Assembly: GCA_965216875.1 (NCBI GenBank)
Contig: OZ244207.1
Location: 4,832,001 to 4,896,000 of the forward strand
Direction: 5' to 3'
From: Rubripirellula sp.
GTDB taxonomy: Bacteria; Planctomycetota; Planctomycetia; Pirellulales; Pirellulaceae
DNA length: 64,000 bases
The notes under the pieces were generated by a model. The model had not been told where the DNA came from. It worked only from the letters and a program-made list of their open reading frames with translations, and ran no database searches. This document shows positions 21,627-31,241 of the stretch, piece by piece. Positions within the stretch are counted from its first letter, which is position 1. Every line of letters starts with the position of its first letter. The position numbers and the translations under genes are program-made.

Positions 21627-22136
21627 ATGCACCGCATCCTTGCCGCTCTGGTTGCCTTTGCGTCCATGTCGCTTCCGGCCATCGCCGAAGAAACCTTTGT
21701 GACCATTTACAAGGTTTCCGGCAATCGAATCACTTTTTCACAGACCCCCAGTGCCGGACGTGGACGCGGTATGCGAGGCAACGCAGCTGGCGCAGCGCCG
21801 GGGCAGGGCAGGGGCCGTCGCGGCGGCTTTGGCATGTCCAGCGCCGCGCAACCGGCTGCGATCACAATCGCGATTCCGGCCACGACGAAAATCACCGCTG
21901 CCATGCGCGAGCGACGAACGTTCGAATTCCGCGTCGGTGTTGAACTGGCCGGTGGACTGCGTCACCCAATCTTTACTCGGATGCAGAAACCACTCTCCGC
22001 AAGAATTGTCACCCAATCGAACCGAATCACCGAACTGAACGTCATTTCAGACGACACCGACATCAATCAACTCAATACGGATTCGTCTGGTCAAGCCGTG
22101 ATTGCAGTTCGCCCGAAACGTCCGCCAAGCAAATGA
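21627..22136 (+). CDS. Hypothetical secreted protein with Gly/Arg-rich insert
   Basis: Signal peptide MHRILAALVAFASMSLPAIA; GRGRG segments; first gene of an apparent operon with DUF1553/DUF1501. Confidence 0.7.
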   Translation: MHRILAALVAFASMSLPAIAEETFVTIYKVSGNRITFSQTPSAGRGRGMRGNAAGAAPGQGRGRRGGFGMSSAAQPAAITIAIPATTKITAAMRERRTFEFRVGVELAGGLRHPIFTRMQKPLSARIVTQSNRITELNVISDDTDINQLNTDSSGQAVIAVRPKRPPSK

Positions 22137-22149
22137 AGCCGGGTCGAGC

Positions 22150-24645
22150 ATGAAGACAATGAAGTTTCTGAGTTCCAGCTTGCAACGCTTGGCATGCGAG
22201 ACGGCCAATCTCTGCCGGTACGGATCCATTCTTTTCCTGTCGTTCTTGCCTTGCATTTGCGTTCAAGCCCAACAGCGAAGCAACGATTTCTTTGAAACAA
22301 AGATTCGGCCGATTCTGGTCAAACATTGCTACGAGTGCCATTCCGACGAATCAGGAAAAGCACGCGGAGGTTTGAAGGTCGACAGCCGAGATGCGATTCG
22401 GCGCGGTGGCGAGTCGGGGCCCGCGATCACACTGCGTGCTGCCGATCGCAGCTTGCTGTACCAATCGATCACTTACCAGGGTGACTATCAAATGCCACCC
22501 AAAGGAAAGCTGCCGGACCAGGTGATTGCCGATTTTCGCAGCTGGATCGAGATGGGAGCCCCCGACCCGCGAAAGACTCAGCCCACCGCTCGAGTCGCGA
22601 CGGAGATCGACATTGATCAAGGCCGCCAGTATTGGGCATACAGGCAAAGGTCAAATCCAACGCCACCCAAACCAAAGCGAGTCGATTGGGCGTACAACGA
22701 CATCGATCGATTTGTGCTCGCCAAACTCGAATCTCACGATATCGCTCCTTCGGCCGATGCCAATGCTGAAGTGTTGGTCCGGCGTCTTTTCTTTGTCATC
22801 ACTGGTTTGCCTCCGACGCCCGAATCAGTCAAACGTTGGACAAGTCAACTCAATCAAACCGGCGGCACAGGCATTGACCAGAAAGCACTCGGTCATCTGA
22901 TTGAAGGCCTTCTTGAAACACGCTTTTATGGTGAACGCTGGGGTCGCCATTGGTTGGATGTTGCTCGCTTCGCTGAATCAACAGGGGGAGATGCAAACAA
23001 TGTCTACCAACATGCTTGGCGATATCGCGACTATGTGATCGATTCCTTCAACGAGGACAAGCCATTCGATCGCTTTGTGAGTGAACAGCTTGCTGGCGAC
23101 CTCCTCCCCATCAGCAACGATGAAGAGTGGGCAGAGAATCTAATCGCAACCGGCTTTCTGGCTGTTGGGCAAAAGCTGGTCGGAGAAGAGGATCAGCAAA
23201 AGTTCTTTGCCGACTTGGTTGACGAACAAATCGATGCGACCACCCGTGCCTTTCTTGCGACGAGCGTTGCATGCGCACGATGTCACGATCATAAGTTCGA
23301 CCCGATCCCGCAATCGGATTACTACGCCCTCGCTGGGATCTTTCGAGCAACGGAAACGCATTATGGGTTGATCAAAGCACAAGCGAGACAGTCGGCAACG
23401 CTGATTGACATCACTGGCATGGGGCCACCGCCGGGCAAAGAGAAACTATCGCAAACCGAATACGGAAAGTTGGTGCAAGCACGCGACGACGCCAAGCAAG
23501 CGGTCGATGATGCGATGCGGAGAATCCGAAATGGCGAAAGTGTCTTTCGAGGCACGTTGCGTCGTATTCGCAGCGATCGAGATGAAACCGAGGCGGCCTT
23601 GCAATCCTATGACCGACGCGGCAACCCTCGCGTCTTTGCGATGGGGACGCAAGATCGTGACTATCCGTTGCCAACACGTTTGTTGCTACGGGGCGAATTG
23701 GACAAGCCAGCGCAATTGGTCCCGCGTGGATTTGTGCAGGTCCTCGCACAACCCGGTCGGCACGTGATCGAGAAGCGTGCACGTGGAAGCGGACGCGTCG
23801 AGTTGGCCAAGTGGATTTCGAGCGATTCCCATCCGTTGACCGCACGAGTGATGGCTAACCGCATCTGGTACTGGATGTTTGGCCAAGGCATCGTGCGCAC
23901 GGTGGACGACTTTGGAAGCTCTGGCGAAATGCCGTCGCATCCCGAACTGCTTGACCATCTTGCCCAAAAACTGGTCCATAACCGTTGGTCCATCAAATCT
24001 CTGATTCGCGAGATTGCGATGTCCCGAACGTGGCAACAATCGTCGCAATTCGATGAATCGCACTTTGCAATGGATCCCGACAACCGATTGCTTTGGCGAA
24101 TGAACAAACGACGACTCGAGGCCGAAGCTGTTCGCGATGCCATGCTCGCCTGCGCAGGCAATCTTGACGTCAAACGCCCACTGGGGACCACTCTTCGCTC
24201 GGTCGGCGAAGGCTCGGTTGGACAAAATGTTTTCGAACCGGTCATTCGAGCGATCGATTCAAACCACCGCTCGGTGTATTTGCCGCGGGTTCGAAGTGTG
24301 TTGCCAGAGTTTCTCGAACTGTTCGATGCCCCGGACGCTGGCAGCGTCGATGGGATGCGTAGTGCGACCGCGAGCCCACTTCAATCGTTGTACATGATGA
24401 ACAACCCGTTCGTTTGGAACCAATCAAAAAGTTTGGCCACGAGAGTGCAATCTCGTCCTGCCAGCGAGAGAGTTGACTACCTCTACCAACTGACCCTGGG
24501 CCGCTATCCCACCAACGAAGAACGGACTTTTGCGTTCGAATTCATGGAACGACTTGGCAGTGACGAATCGCTTGGCAAAAGCGAAAAGATGGCTGCTTAT
24601 TGCCAAGTCATGATGTGCACAAGTGAATTCAGCGTCATCGATTAG
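22150..24645 (+). CDS. PSD1/planctomycete cytochrome c protein (PSCyt1 + DUF1549 + DUF1553)
   Basis: FFETKIRPILVKHCYECH, MPPKGKL, YGERWGRHWLDVARFAES, CARCHDHKFDPI, HPLTARVMANRIW, PSHPELLDHLA, RRLEAEAVRD. Confidence 0.93.
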   Translation: MKTMKFLSSSLQRLACETANLCRYGSILFLSFLPCICVQAQQRSNDFFETKIRPILVKHCYECHSDESGKARGGLKVDSRDAIRRGGESGPAITLRAADRSLLYQSITYQGDYQMPPKGKLPDQVIADFRSWIEMGAPDPRKTQPTARVATEIDIDQGRQYWAYRQRSNPTPPKPKRVDWAYNDIDRFVLAKLESHDIAPSADANAEVLVRRLFFVITGLPPTPESVKRWTSQLNQTGGTGIDQKALGHLIEGLLETRFYGERWGRHWLDVARFAESTGGDANNVYQHAWRYRDYVIDSFNEDKPFDRFVSEQLAGDLLPISNDEEWAENLIATGFLAVGQKLVGEEDQQKFFADLVDEQIDATTRAFLATSVACARCHDHKFDPIPQSDYYALAGIFRATETHYGLIKAQARQSATLIDITGMGPPPGKEKLSQTEYGKLVQARDDAKQAVDDAMRRIRNGESVFRGTLRRIRSDRDETEAALQSYDRRGNPRVFAMGTQDRDYPLPTRLLLRGELDKPAQLVPRGFVQVLAQPGRHVIEKRARGSGRVELAKWISSDSHPLTARVMANRIWYWMFGQGIVRTVDDFGSSGEMPSHPELLDHLAQKLVHNRWSIKSLIREIAMSRTWQQSSQFDESHFAMDPDNRLLWRMNKRRLEAEAVRDAMLACAGNLDVKRPLGTTLRSVGEGSVGQNVFEPVIRAIDSNHRSVYLPRVRSVLPEFLELFDAPDAGSVDGMRSATASPLQSLYMMNNPFVWNQSKSLATRVQSRPASERVDYLYQLTLGRYPTNEERTFAFEFMERLGSDESLGKSEKMAAYCQVMMCTSEFSVID

Positions 24646-24667
24646 ACCAATAAGTGTGAAAAACAAA

Positions 24668-26086
24668 ATGACTCTTCAGCGCGTTCCCGTCACCTCGCGG
24701 CGATCCGTTTTGCAAAGCATCTCGGCAGGCTTTGGATATCTCGCCTTTCGCGCAATGGCTGCCGACCAAGCGTTCGCGGACCCAAACGCATCTTTGCTGA
24801 GCCCCAGACAACCACCTCTGCCTCCCAAAGCGAAACGCGTGATCTTCCTGTGCATGCGTGGCGGCCCCTCACATGTCGATACCTTTGACTACAGACCACA
24901 ACTCGCGCGCGACCACGGTCGCCCATCGAACTACGGGACTCCTTGGTGCAAATCACGCTGGAAGTTCCAGCAGCGTGGCGAAAGCGGTCTCTGGATCTCG
25001 GACCTATTCCCCGAGCTTGCAAGACAAGCCGATGATCTTTGTCTGCTGCGTGGAATGCACTGTGACCAACCCGCGCACGCCCAAGCGATGTTGCAATTGC
25101 ATACCGGCAATTTCCAACAAGTGCGTCCGTCCATGGGCGCGTGGACGCTTTATGGTCTCGGTACCGAGAACCAGAACCTTCCCGGGTTCATCACAATCAA
25201 CCCACCAACCAGCGTCGGTGGCGCACAGAACTTTGGCTCGGCATTCCTGCCGGCAGCCTTTCAAGGAACAAAACTCTCTGTCCAAGACAGCAGCGCTCGC
25301 AATCGCCGTATCGACCGCATGCGTCGCGGCGAAGTGAATCCCTATGGAATCAACAATGCCAAGAACGAGCAATTCAGCAAATCAACGCAGCGCGCACAAC
25401 TGGATCTTCTGGCACAACTGAATCGTGAGAAACTCGCTCGCGATGATCACAATCCGCTCGTCGAAGGGGCAATTGAAAACTACGAACTTGCGTTCCGAAT
25501 GCAAGACGCCGTACCGAGAATCATGAATACGTCGGATGAGTCCGAAGAAACGTTGCGGCTTTACGGAATTGGCGAAGACCCGACGGACGGCTTCGGTCGC
25601 CAATGTTTGCTTGCCCGCCGATTTGCGGAAGCGGGAGTGCGCTTTATCGAGTTGGGACACGGCAGTTGGGATCAACACAGCAACCTCCCCACGGCGCTTG
25701 CCGACAACTGTGCCGAGACCGACAAGCCGATCGCAGGGCTGCTTGCGGACCTAAAACGGCGTGGCCTTTTGAAAGACACCTTGGTGCTTTGGGGTGGCGA
25801 GTTCGGCCGCACTCCCTATTCTCCCGACGGGAACGGCCGGGACCACAACCACAAAGGGTTCACAATGTGGATGGCAGGTGGCGGAGTCAAAGGTGGCTGG
25901 AGCCACGGGAGTACCGACGAACACGGGTACGAAGCTGTCGAAGGAAAAGTCCACATCAATGATTGGCACGCAACGATACTTCACCTGCTCGGCTTCGACC
26001 ACGAGCAACTCACCTTTCGTCATGCTGGACGCGAAATGCGATTGACCGATTTGGCTGGAAGCGTTGTCGAAGAAGTGATCGCGTGA
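24668..26086 (+). CDS. DUF1501 domain protein (Tat signal)
   Basis: SRRSVL Tat-like leader; AKRVIFLCMRGGPSHVDTFD, CLLARR, WDQH, WGGEFGRTP, GRDH. Confidence 0.93.
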   Translation: MTLQRVPVTSRRSVLQSISAGFGYLAFRAMAADQAFADPNASLLSPRQPPLPPKAKRVIFLCMRGGPSHVDTFDYRPQLARDHGRPSNYGTPWCKSRWKFQQRGESGLWISDLFPELARQADDLCLLRGMHCDQPAHAQAMLQLHTGNFQQVRPSMGAWTLYGLGTENQNLPGFITINPPTSVGGAQNFGSAFLPAAFQGTKLSVQDSSARNRRIDRMRRGEVNPYGINNAKNEQFSKSTQRAQLDLLAQLNREKLARDDHNPLVEGAIENYELAFRMQDAVPRIMNTSDESEETLRLYGIGEDPTDGFGRQCLLARRFAEAGVRFIELGHGSWDQHSNLPTALADNCAETDKPIAGLLADLKRRGLLKDTLVLWGGEFGRTPYSPDGNGRDHNHKGFTMWMAGGGVKGGWSHGSTDEHGYEAVEGKVHINDWHATILHLLGFDHEQLTFRHAGREMRLTDLAGSVVEEVIA

Positions 26087-26088
26087 GC

Positions 26089-27363
26089 TCAATAGCGATC
26101 CGGTGACATGAGGCCAAGACCGTCGATCCCTTCGATTGGTTTGTGGTCGACAAGATCCGCAACCATCTGGCCGGAAACGAGTGCGAGGCTGATTCCCATC
26201 ATTGCATGCCCCGTTGAAACGATCAGGTTTTTGAAGCGACGGGTACGACCAAGATAGGGAAGCCCGTCTGGTGAACAGGGACGCAGGCCAACCCATGGCG
26301 TGAGTCCAGCAAAGTCATTTGGCGAAAACCGTGGATAATAATCCGAAACGGAATGGATGATGCCTTTGACACGCGAGTCGCTGATCGATTCATCGTTGCC
26401 AACAATTTCCATCGTCCCACCAAACCGAAGCGCCGTCCCGATCGGAGTCACCGCAACACGAGCCTCGGTCAGAATCGAACAAACGGTCGGAAGCTGCGCG
26501 GGCTGCGAAAGGGTCAGGCTGTAGCCCTTTCCCGCCTGCATTGGCAACGAAAGACCACACTGCCGCAAAAGCTCCGAACTCCAAACGCCTCCGCTGACAA
26601 CAAACTCGTCGCTCTCGATGTCGCCCTCGGTCGTCGCAACAGCCTCCACGACGCCCCCGTTTTCGCGTAAGCCCGTCACCTCTGCGTTCCATACGAACTC
26701 GCAACCCGAGTCTTCGAGCCGAGTTTGCAATCCATCCATCAAACGATTGGGAGAGAGATGACAATCCTTTGGGAAGTAAACTCCTCCATAGGCACTCATC
26801 TCGATGTTGGGGTCGAGCCGCGCGAGCGCCGTTGAATCGAGAACCTCGGCGGGAATACCAAGTTTGTTTGACAGCTCGGCAACATGAGCTTCTTCTTCGA
26901 GAGCCTCCTCCGTCCGGCACAGCATGACGAGTCCCTTCTCGATCAGTCCAAACCCGTTATCCGACTCACCATTGAGCGCCCACTCACTTTCAAGTGCCGC
27001 GTAGCAACTTCGACTGCGAAGGTGAAGGTCGCGAAGAAGCGGCGCGGCTGCGGCGACTCTTTTCTTTGAACAGGCGCTGCGAAACTTCAGCAGCCACCCC
27101 AGCAATTCCATCGAGAGACGTGGACGGATGTAGAAAGGGGACTGAGAGCTAAGCATCCACTTCAATCCAAGCCGGATCATTCCCGGAGCGGCCAATGGAA
27201 CGAAATGACTTGGAACGATCATTCCCGCATTGCCATACGAGCACCCGTTTCGACTCGAGTCGCCTCGATCGATGACCGTGACGTCAAATCCTTGTTTGCG
27301 GCAGTACCATGCAGCCGCCAAGCCGATCACGCCACCGCCGATGATCGTGACTCGTTTGCTCAT
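26089..27363 (-). CDS. FAD-dependent D-amino acid dehydrogenase (DadA-like; candidate D-hydroxyproline dehydrogenase)
   Basis: IIGGGVIG, SYGNAG, GKGYS, WVGLRPCSPDGLPYLG, GHAMMG; its start overlaps the epimerase stop. Confidence 0.85.
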   Translation of the reverse strand: MSKRVTIIGGGVIGLAAAWYCRKQGFDVTVIDRGDSSRNGCSYGNAGMIVPSHFVPLAAPGMIRLGLKWMLSSQSPFYIRPRLSMELLGWLLKFRSACSKKRVAAAAPLLRDLHLRSRSCYAALESEWALNGESDNGFGLIEKGLVMLCRTEEALEEEAHVAELSNKLGIPAEVLDSTALARLDPNIEMSAYGGVYFPKDCHLSPNRLMDGLQTRLEDSGCEFVWNAEVTGLRENGGVVEAVATTEGDIESDEFVVSGGVWSSELLRQCGLSLPMQAGKGYSLTLSQPAQLPTVCSILTEARVAVTPIGTALRFGGTMEIVGNDESISDSRVKGIIHSVSDYYPRFSPNDFAGLTPWVGLRPCSPDGLPYLGRTRRFKNLIVSTGHAMMGISLALVSGQMVADLVDHKPIEGIDGLGLMSPDRY

Positions 27364-28286
27364 AGCCCAAACCGAAATGGGTCATTATCGTCAAGAATCA
27401 GCTGCGACTCGGCGGTCACATGGGCTTCCCCAACAATGGTTGGAAAGATGCTTTGCTTTTGTTTGTCCGCCCATTCAAAGCGTCCTCGAAATTCCGTTCC
27501 CAAGACTCCGCGCTGCACCCAACTGGCACCTTCTTGCAACTTGCCATCTGCAGCGAGACAAGCGAGCTTTGCGCTGGTTCCCGTTCCACAAGGCGAACGG
27601 TCGTATTCCAAGCCTGGGCACAACACAAAGTTGCGCCGATCACCTGCCACGCCAGAGCTTCCGAACAGTTCAATGTGGTCGACTTCGGGATAGCCGGCCG
27701 CGGCAACGGCGCGGCGAACATCACTTGCGATCTGCTGGAGCTGACCGACGTTGTCCAAGCAGATGGGCGTCTGGTCGTACTCGGCCAAAAAGAACCAGTT
27801 GCCGCCCCAAGCCACATCACCTCGGATCTTACCCACGCCATCGATCTGAACAACAACGTCCGTCGCAGCGCGATAACTTTCGACGTTCTCGAAGGTGACG
27901 CTTCCGTCATCATTGGCCTGAACCGAAACAACGCCAACGGGTGTCTCAATACAATGGTTTCCCTCGGTGATGCGTCCCAGGTGCTTGAGCGTTTCGACGA
28001 CGCCAATCAACCCGTGGCCACACATTCCTAGAAAGCCGACGTTGTTAAAGAAAATCACCCCTGTCAGGCACTTGGGATCTTGAGTTGGGCAAAGCATGGC
28101 ACCAACCAACACATCGTGACCGCGTGGTTCGGTGACCACGGCCCTGCGAAGAGGGTCAAAGTCCGACTTGAATCGCGCGAGTTGGTCGGCGACCGTGCCA
28201 CTTCCGAGCTCAGGACCGCCGGCAACGATTACCCGCGTCGGCTCTCCGGCGGTGTGGGAATCAACAACATGAATGCGCTGCGTCAT
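27360..28286 (-). CDS. Proline racemase family protein, probable 4-hydroxyproline 2-epimerase
   Basis: DSHTAGEPTR, FFNNVGFLGMCGH and NFVLCPGLEYDRSPCGTGTSAK (both catalytic Cys present); start at MTQRIH. Confidence 0.88.
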   Translation of the reverse strand: MTQRIHVVDSHTAGEPTRVIVAGGPELGSGTVADQLARFKSDFDPLRRAVVTEPRGHDVLVGAMLCPTQDPKCLTGVIFFNNVGFLGMCGHGLIGVVETLKHLGRITEGNHCIETPVGVVSVQANDDGSVTFENVESYRAATDVVVQIDGVGKIRGDVAWGGNWFFLAEYDQTPICLDNVGQLQQIASDVRRAVAAAGYPEVDHIELFGSSGVAGDRRNFVLCPGLEYDRSPCGTGTSAKLACLAADGKLQEGASWVQRGVLGTEFRGRFEWADKQKQSIFPTIVGEAHVTAESQLILDDNDPFRFGL

Positions 28287-28475
28287 GCGATGGCAACTCC
28301 ATGATTTGGAATCGCCCAACACAGTAAGGTAGATGGCATCATCAAAGCGGCTCGGCAGGTTCTCTGTGGTGGCCAACAACAAGAGAACCAGCCTCTCGTT
28401 GAGCCTCACAAGAGTAATGGCGCCCGCCTCGATCCGCAACGCACTGTTGGTCGCTGTGCGGCCGGTCCGCGGCCC

Positions 28476-28553
28476 GTGGCTACCTTCGCCAGAAGGCGGT
28501 TTTCACCGGTAGATCGCTATTCACAATCACCACGCTCTGGCGAGCGTAGCTAC
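28476..28553. repeat. GTAGCTAC-type REP doublet (REPIN-like)
   Basis: GTGGCTACCTTCGCCAGAAGGCGG ... CCACGCTCTGGCGAGCGTAGCTAC; near-identical arms occur at 58746-58821. Confidence 0.75.
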
Positions 28554-28627
28554 GTCGAGTGCAGGGACCGGCTTGCAAACCAAGCCGGATCCGCGGCACG
28601 ATCGCTCCTTAATCCGCCTACGCCATT

Positions 28628-30106
28628 CTAGGCGGCGGCTGGCTCGGCCGGCTCGTTTTCGAACTTGGTAAAGGTTCGGAAGCCGAAGATCGCGATCACG
28701 ACGAAACAAATCATCGGCAAGAAGAACGATCCGCGAACACCGAGCTGGTCGATGAAGTAGCCCTGGGCCAATGGCAACAACGCACCACCAACGATCGCCA
28801 TGATCAAACCAGCAGAACCAAGCTTGGCTTCTTCGGCGGGCAACCCTTTCAAGGCAATCCCGTAGATCGTTGGGAACATCAGCGACATGCACGCCGAGAT
28901 CGCCACCAAGCAGATCAAGCCAACCTTGCCGGGCAAGACGATCACACCCAAAGTCAAAGCAATCGCTGCGACGGCAAGCGTCATGAGCAGGCGGCCTGGA
29001 CTGATGAATTTGAGCATGAAGGTACAAATGAAACGACTCGCAAGGAAAATCGCCATCGCAGCGATATTCCAGTTCTGCGCCTCGGCCAGCGACAAGTTCA
29101 CAAGCTCCATGCCGTAGTGAATGATGAACGTCCAGCAGGTGATCTGGGCTCCGACGTAAAAGGCCTGCGCGACAACACCTTCTCGATAGTGCGCCTTGCC
29201 CAACAGCTTGCCGGTCAACTCGCCAACCGGGGCGTCGGGTTCATCCGACGAAAACGAGGGCATCTTGGTGATGGCAAACAGAAGCAAGAAACCGATCACC
29301 ACACACGCGATCACCACATAAGGTGTGCGAACGACGGCCAAGTCATGCTGCTGCATCGCTTCGAACTCGGACGCGTCATTGGCTTTCATGTTCGCCAATC
29401 CGGTACTCACGGCCTTGTCGAGTGCGCCAAACTCGGCATCAAAATCGGGAAGTCCATCGGGGTAATCTGCCTCGACATACTTAACCACTTCGGGCGACTT
29501 ATCCTTCATCTGTCCACGAAACTCACCCACATCCAAATTGGGCGCGATCAACGTTGAGGCGATGACCATCCCTGTCAGCGATCCGATTGGGTTAAACGCC
29601 TGGGCCAGATTCAATCGCTGCGTCGCTGTCTCGGGCGACCCCATCGCCAAGATGTAGGGGTTGCAACTGGTTTCCAAGAATGCCAAGCCAAAGGTCAGCA
29701 CATAGAACCCGATGATGAAGATCCAAAAGTTGGTCATCAAGCTCGCCGGGATGCTAAGCAAAGCGCCAGCCGCGTAAAGTGCAAAACCAACCATGATCGC
29801 AGTCTTGTAGGAGTACTTGCGAATGAAGAAGGCTGCGGGCAAAGCCATCGTGAAATAGCCGCCATAGAACGCAAATTGCACGAGCGAACTTTGCGTGTTG
29901 CTGATCTGAAAGACCTCCTTGAACACCTTCACCAACGGGTTAGTGATGTCGTTGGCGAACCCCCACAGCGCGAAGCAGCAAGTGGTCAATACGAACGCCA
30001 ACAAAAACTGGCGTGGAACAACGCCTTGCCCCATGGACGGATCGGCGCTGGATTCCGCTGAGCCCGATTCCGATGAATCGGGATTGTTGGTGTTCGTCTC
30101 CGACAT
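28628..30106 (-). CDS. fucP: L-fucose:H+ symporter (MFS, FucP family)
   Basis: FALWGFANDITNPLV, QFAFYGGYF, FLETSCNPY, RLNLAQAFNPIG, FYVGAQI, MSLMFPTIY; start at MSETN. Confidence 0.9.
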   Translation of the reverse strand: MSETNTNNPDSSESGSAESSADPSMGQGVVPRQFLLAFVLTTCCFALWGFANDITNPLVKVFKEVFQISNTQSSLVQFAFYGGYFTMALPAAFFIRKYSYKTAIMVGFALYAAGALLSIPASLMTNFWIFIIGFYVLTFGLAFLETSCNPYILAMGSPETATQRLNLAQAFNPIGSLTGMVIASTLIAPNLDVGEFRGQMKDKSPEVVKYVEADYPDGLPDFDAEFGALDKAVSTGLANMKANDASEFEAMQQHDLAVVRTPYVVIACVVIGFLLLFAITKMPSFSSDEPDAPVGELTGKLLGKAHYREGVVAQAFYVGAQITCWTFIIHYGMELVNLSLAEAQNWNIAAMAIFLASRFICTFMLKFISPGRLLMTLAVAAIALTLGVIVLPGKVGLICLVAISACMSLMFPTIYGIALKGLPAEEAKLGSAGLIMAIVGGALLPLAQGYFIDQLGVRGSFFLPMICFVVIAIFGFRTFTKFENEPAEPAAA

Positions 30107-30168
30107 AACTTGCTCTCGCGAATCTTTCGAGTGAGGAGGGATGAGAGAGGAGGATCGTGGCGTGAGCG

Positions 30169-31227
30169 TCAGCTCACATTCAAATAGGGATAATGGCGTT
30201 CGATCATTCCCGCAGAAATCATAGCGGACCAAAACTCGGCTGGCGGCGCACTATCCATCAGGGAAACATTTTCGCCAATCCGTTCCGGCCGACTGCTGTT
30301 CAAAGCCATCGCAACCACACCGGGCGGTGACATACCAAACGCAACACAGGCAGCAGCGGGCTGCACACCATGAGCCTGGCATAGTTCAAAGAACTGGTCA
30401 CGCCAAAGGGTCACGCGGCGATCGCTTTCGCTCTCTCCCGTGACAAGGCGATAGTCAAAATGGTCGCCACCGGTCAGGAATCCACCGTGGAATACCGCCG
30501 AGTTGATCACCGCAACCTTGCGTTGACGCAACGTCTCAACGAATTCCAGCAGTTCAGGCGGATGGGTGTAGATCGTCAGGCTCGTCGCCAACATCACCCA
30601 ATCCAAGTCACAGACTTCGGCAAGTTGTTTGGAAACCTTCCAATCTTTCGATCCGACGCCGACCGCGGCGACTTCACCGCTGTCACGCAGTTCGACCAAT
30701 GCACGGTAGGCTTCGATCAGATCATCCCAACGTCGCTTCCAATCGGATTCGTCAGACGCAGCGTTGAGGTATTCATCTGGATCGTGAACCGAAACCAATT
30801 GCGCACGATAGGGCGCGAGCTGTTCGGCGCCCTGACGGTAGCAACGCAAGATCCCGTCGTAACTGATGTCTTGGACTGCATCGTATTGCAAGTCCTTCCA
30901 AACGCCTGGCTCGAACGTCGGCTCAGGTGTTTCCAATGGTACTCGGCGCCAACCAAGCTTGTTGCTGATCACGATCTTTGACGGATCAACTTCAAGTTCG
31001 GTGAGCGCTTTTGCAAGCGATTCAAGCGCAAGTCCTGCGCCGTACTTACCAGCCGAATCAGCGGCAACAAGACCACCCGAATGCTCGAACCACTGCGAAA
31101 CAATGGTTCGTTTGGTCTTGTCGTCGAGCGACTGGTAGAGATTGCCAAGCGCGCTGGTGCCAAATACCAATCGTGGAATTTGCACGCCAGCAGCGCCTAA
31201 AGGTGGCGTGATTGCTGAGGTTTGCAT
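30169..31227 (-). CDS. Aldo/keto reductase, D-threo-aldose (L-fucose) 1-dehydrogenase-like
   Basis: FGTSALGNLY, DSAGKYGAGLA, SNKLGW, DISYDGI, VHDPDEY, AVFHGGFL; lies between the fucosidase and fucP. Confidence 0.8.
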   Translation of the reverse strand: MQTSAITPPLGAAGVQIPRLVFGTSALGNLYQSLDDKTKRTIVSQWFEHSGGLVAADSAGKYGAGLALESLAKALTELEVDPSKIVISNKLGWRRVPLETPEPTFEPGVWKDLQYDAVQDISYDGILRCYRQGAEQLAPYRAQLVSVHDPDEYLNAASDESDWKRRWDDLIEAYRALVELRDSGEVAAVGVGSKDWKVSKQLAEVCDLDWVMLATSLTIYTHPPELLEFVETLRQRKVAVINSAVFHGGFLTGGDHFDYRLVTGESESDRRVTLWRDQFFELCQAHGVQPAAACVAFGMSPPGVVAMALNSSRPERIGENVSLMDSAPPAEFWSAMISAGMIERHYPYLNVS

Positions 31228-31241
31228 GAGTGTCCTAAAAG

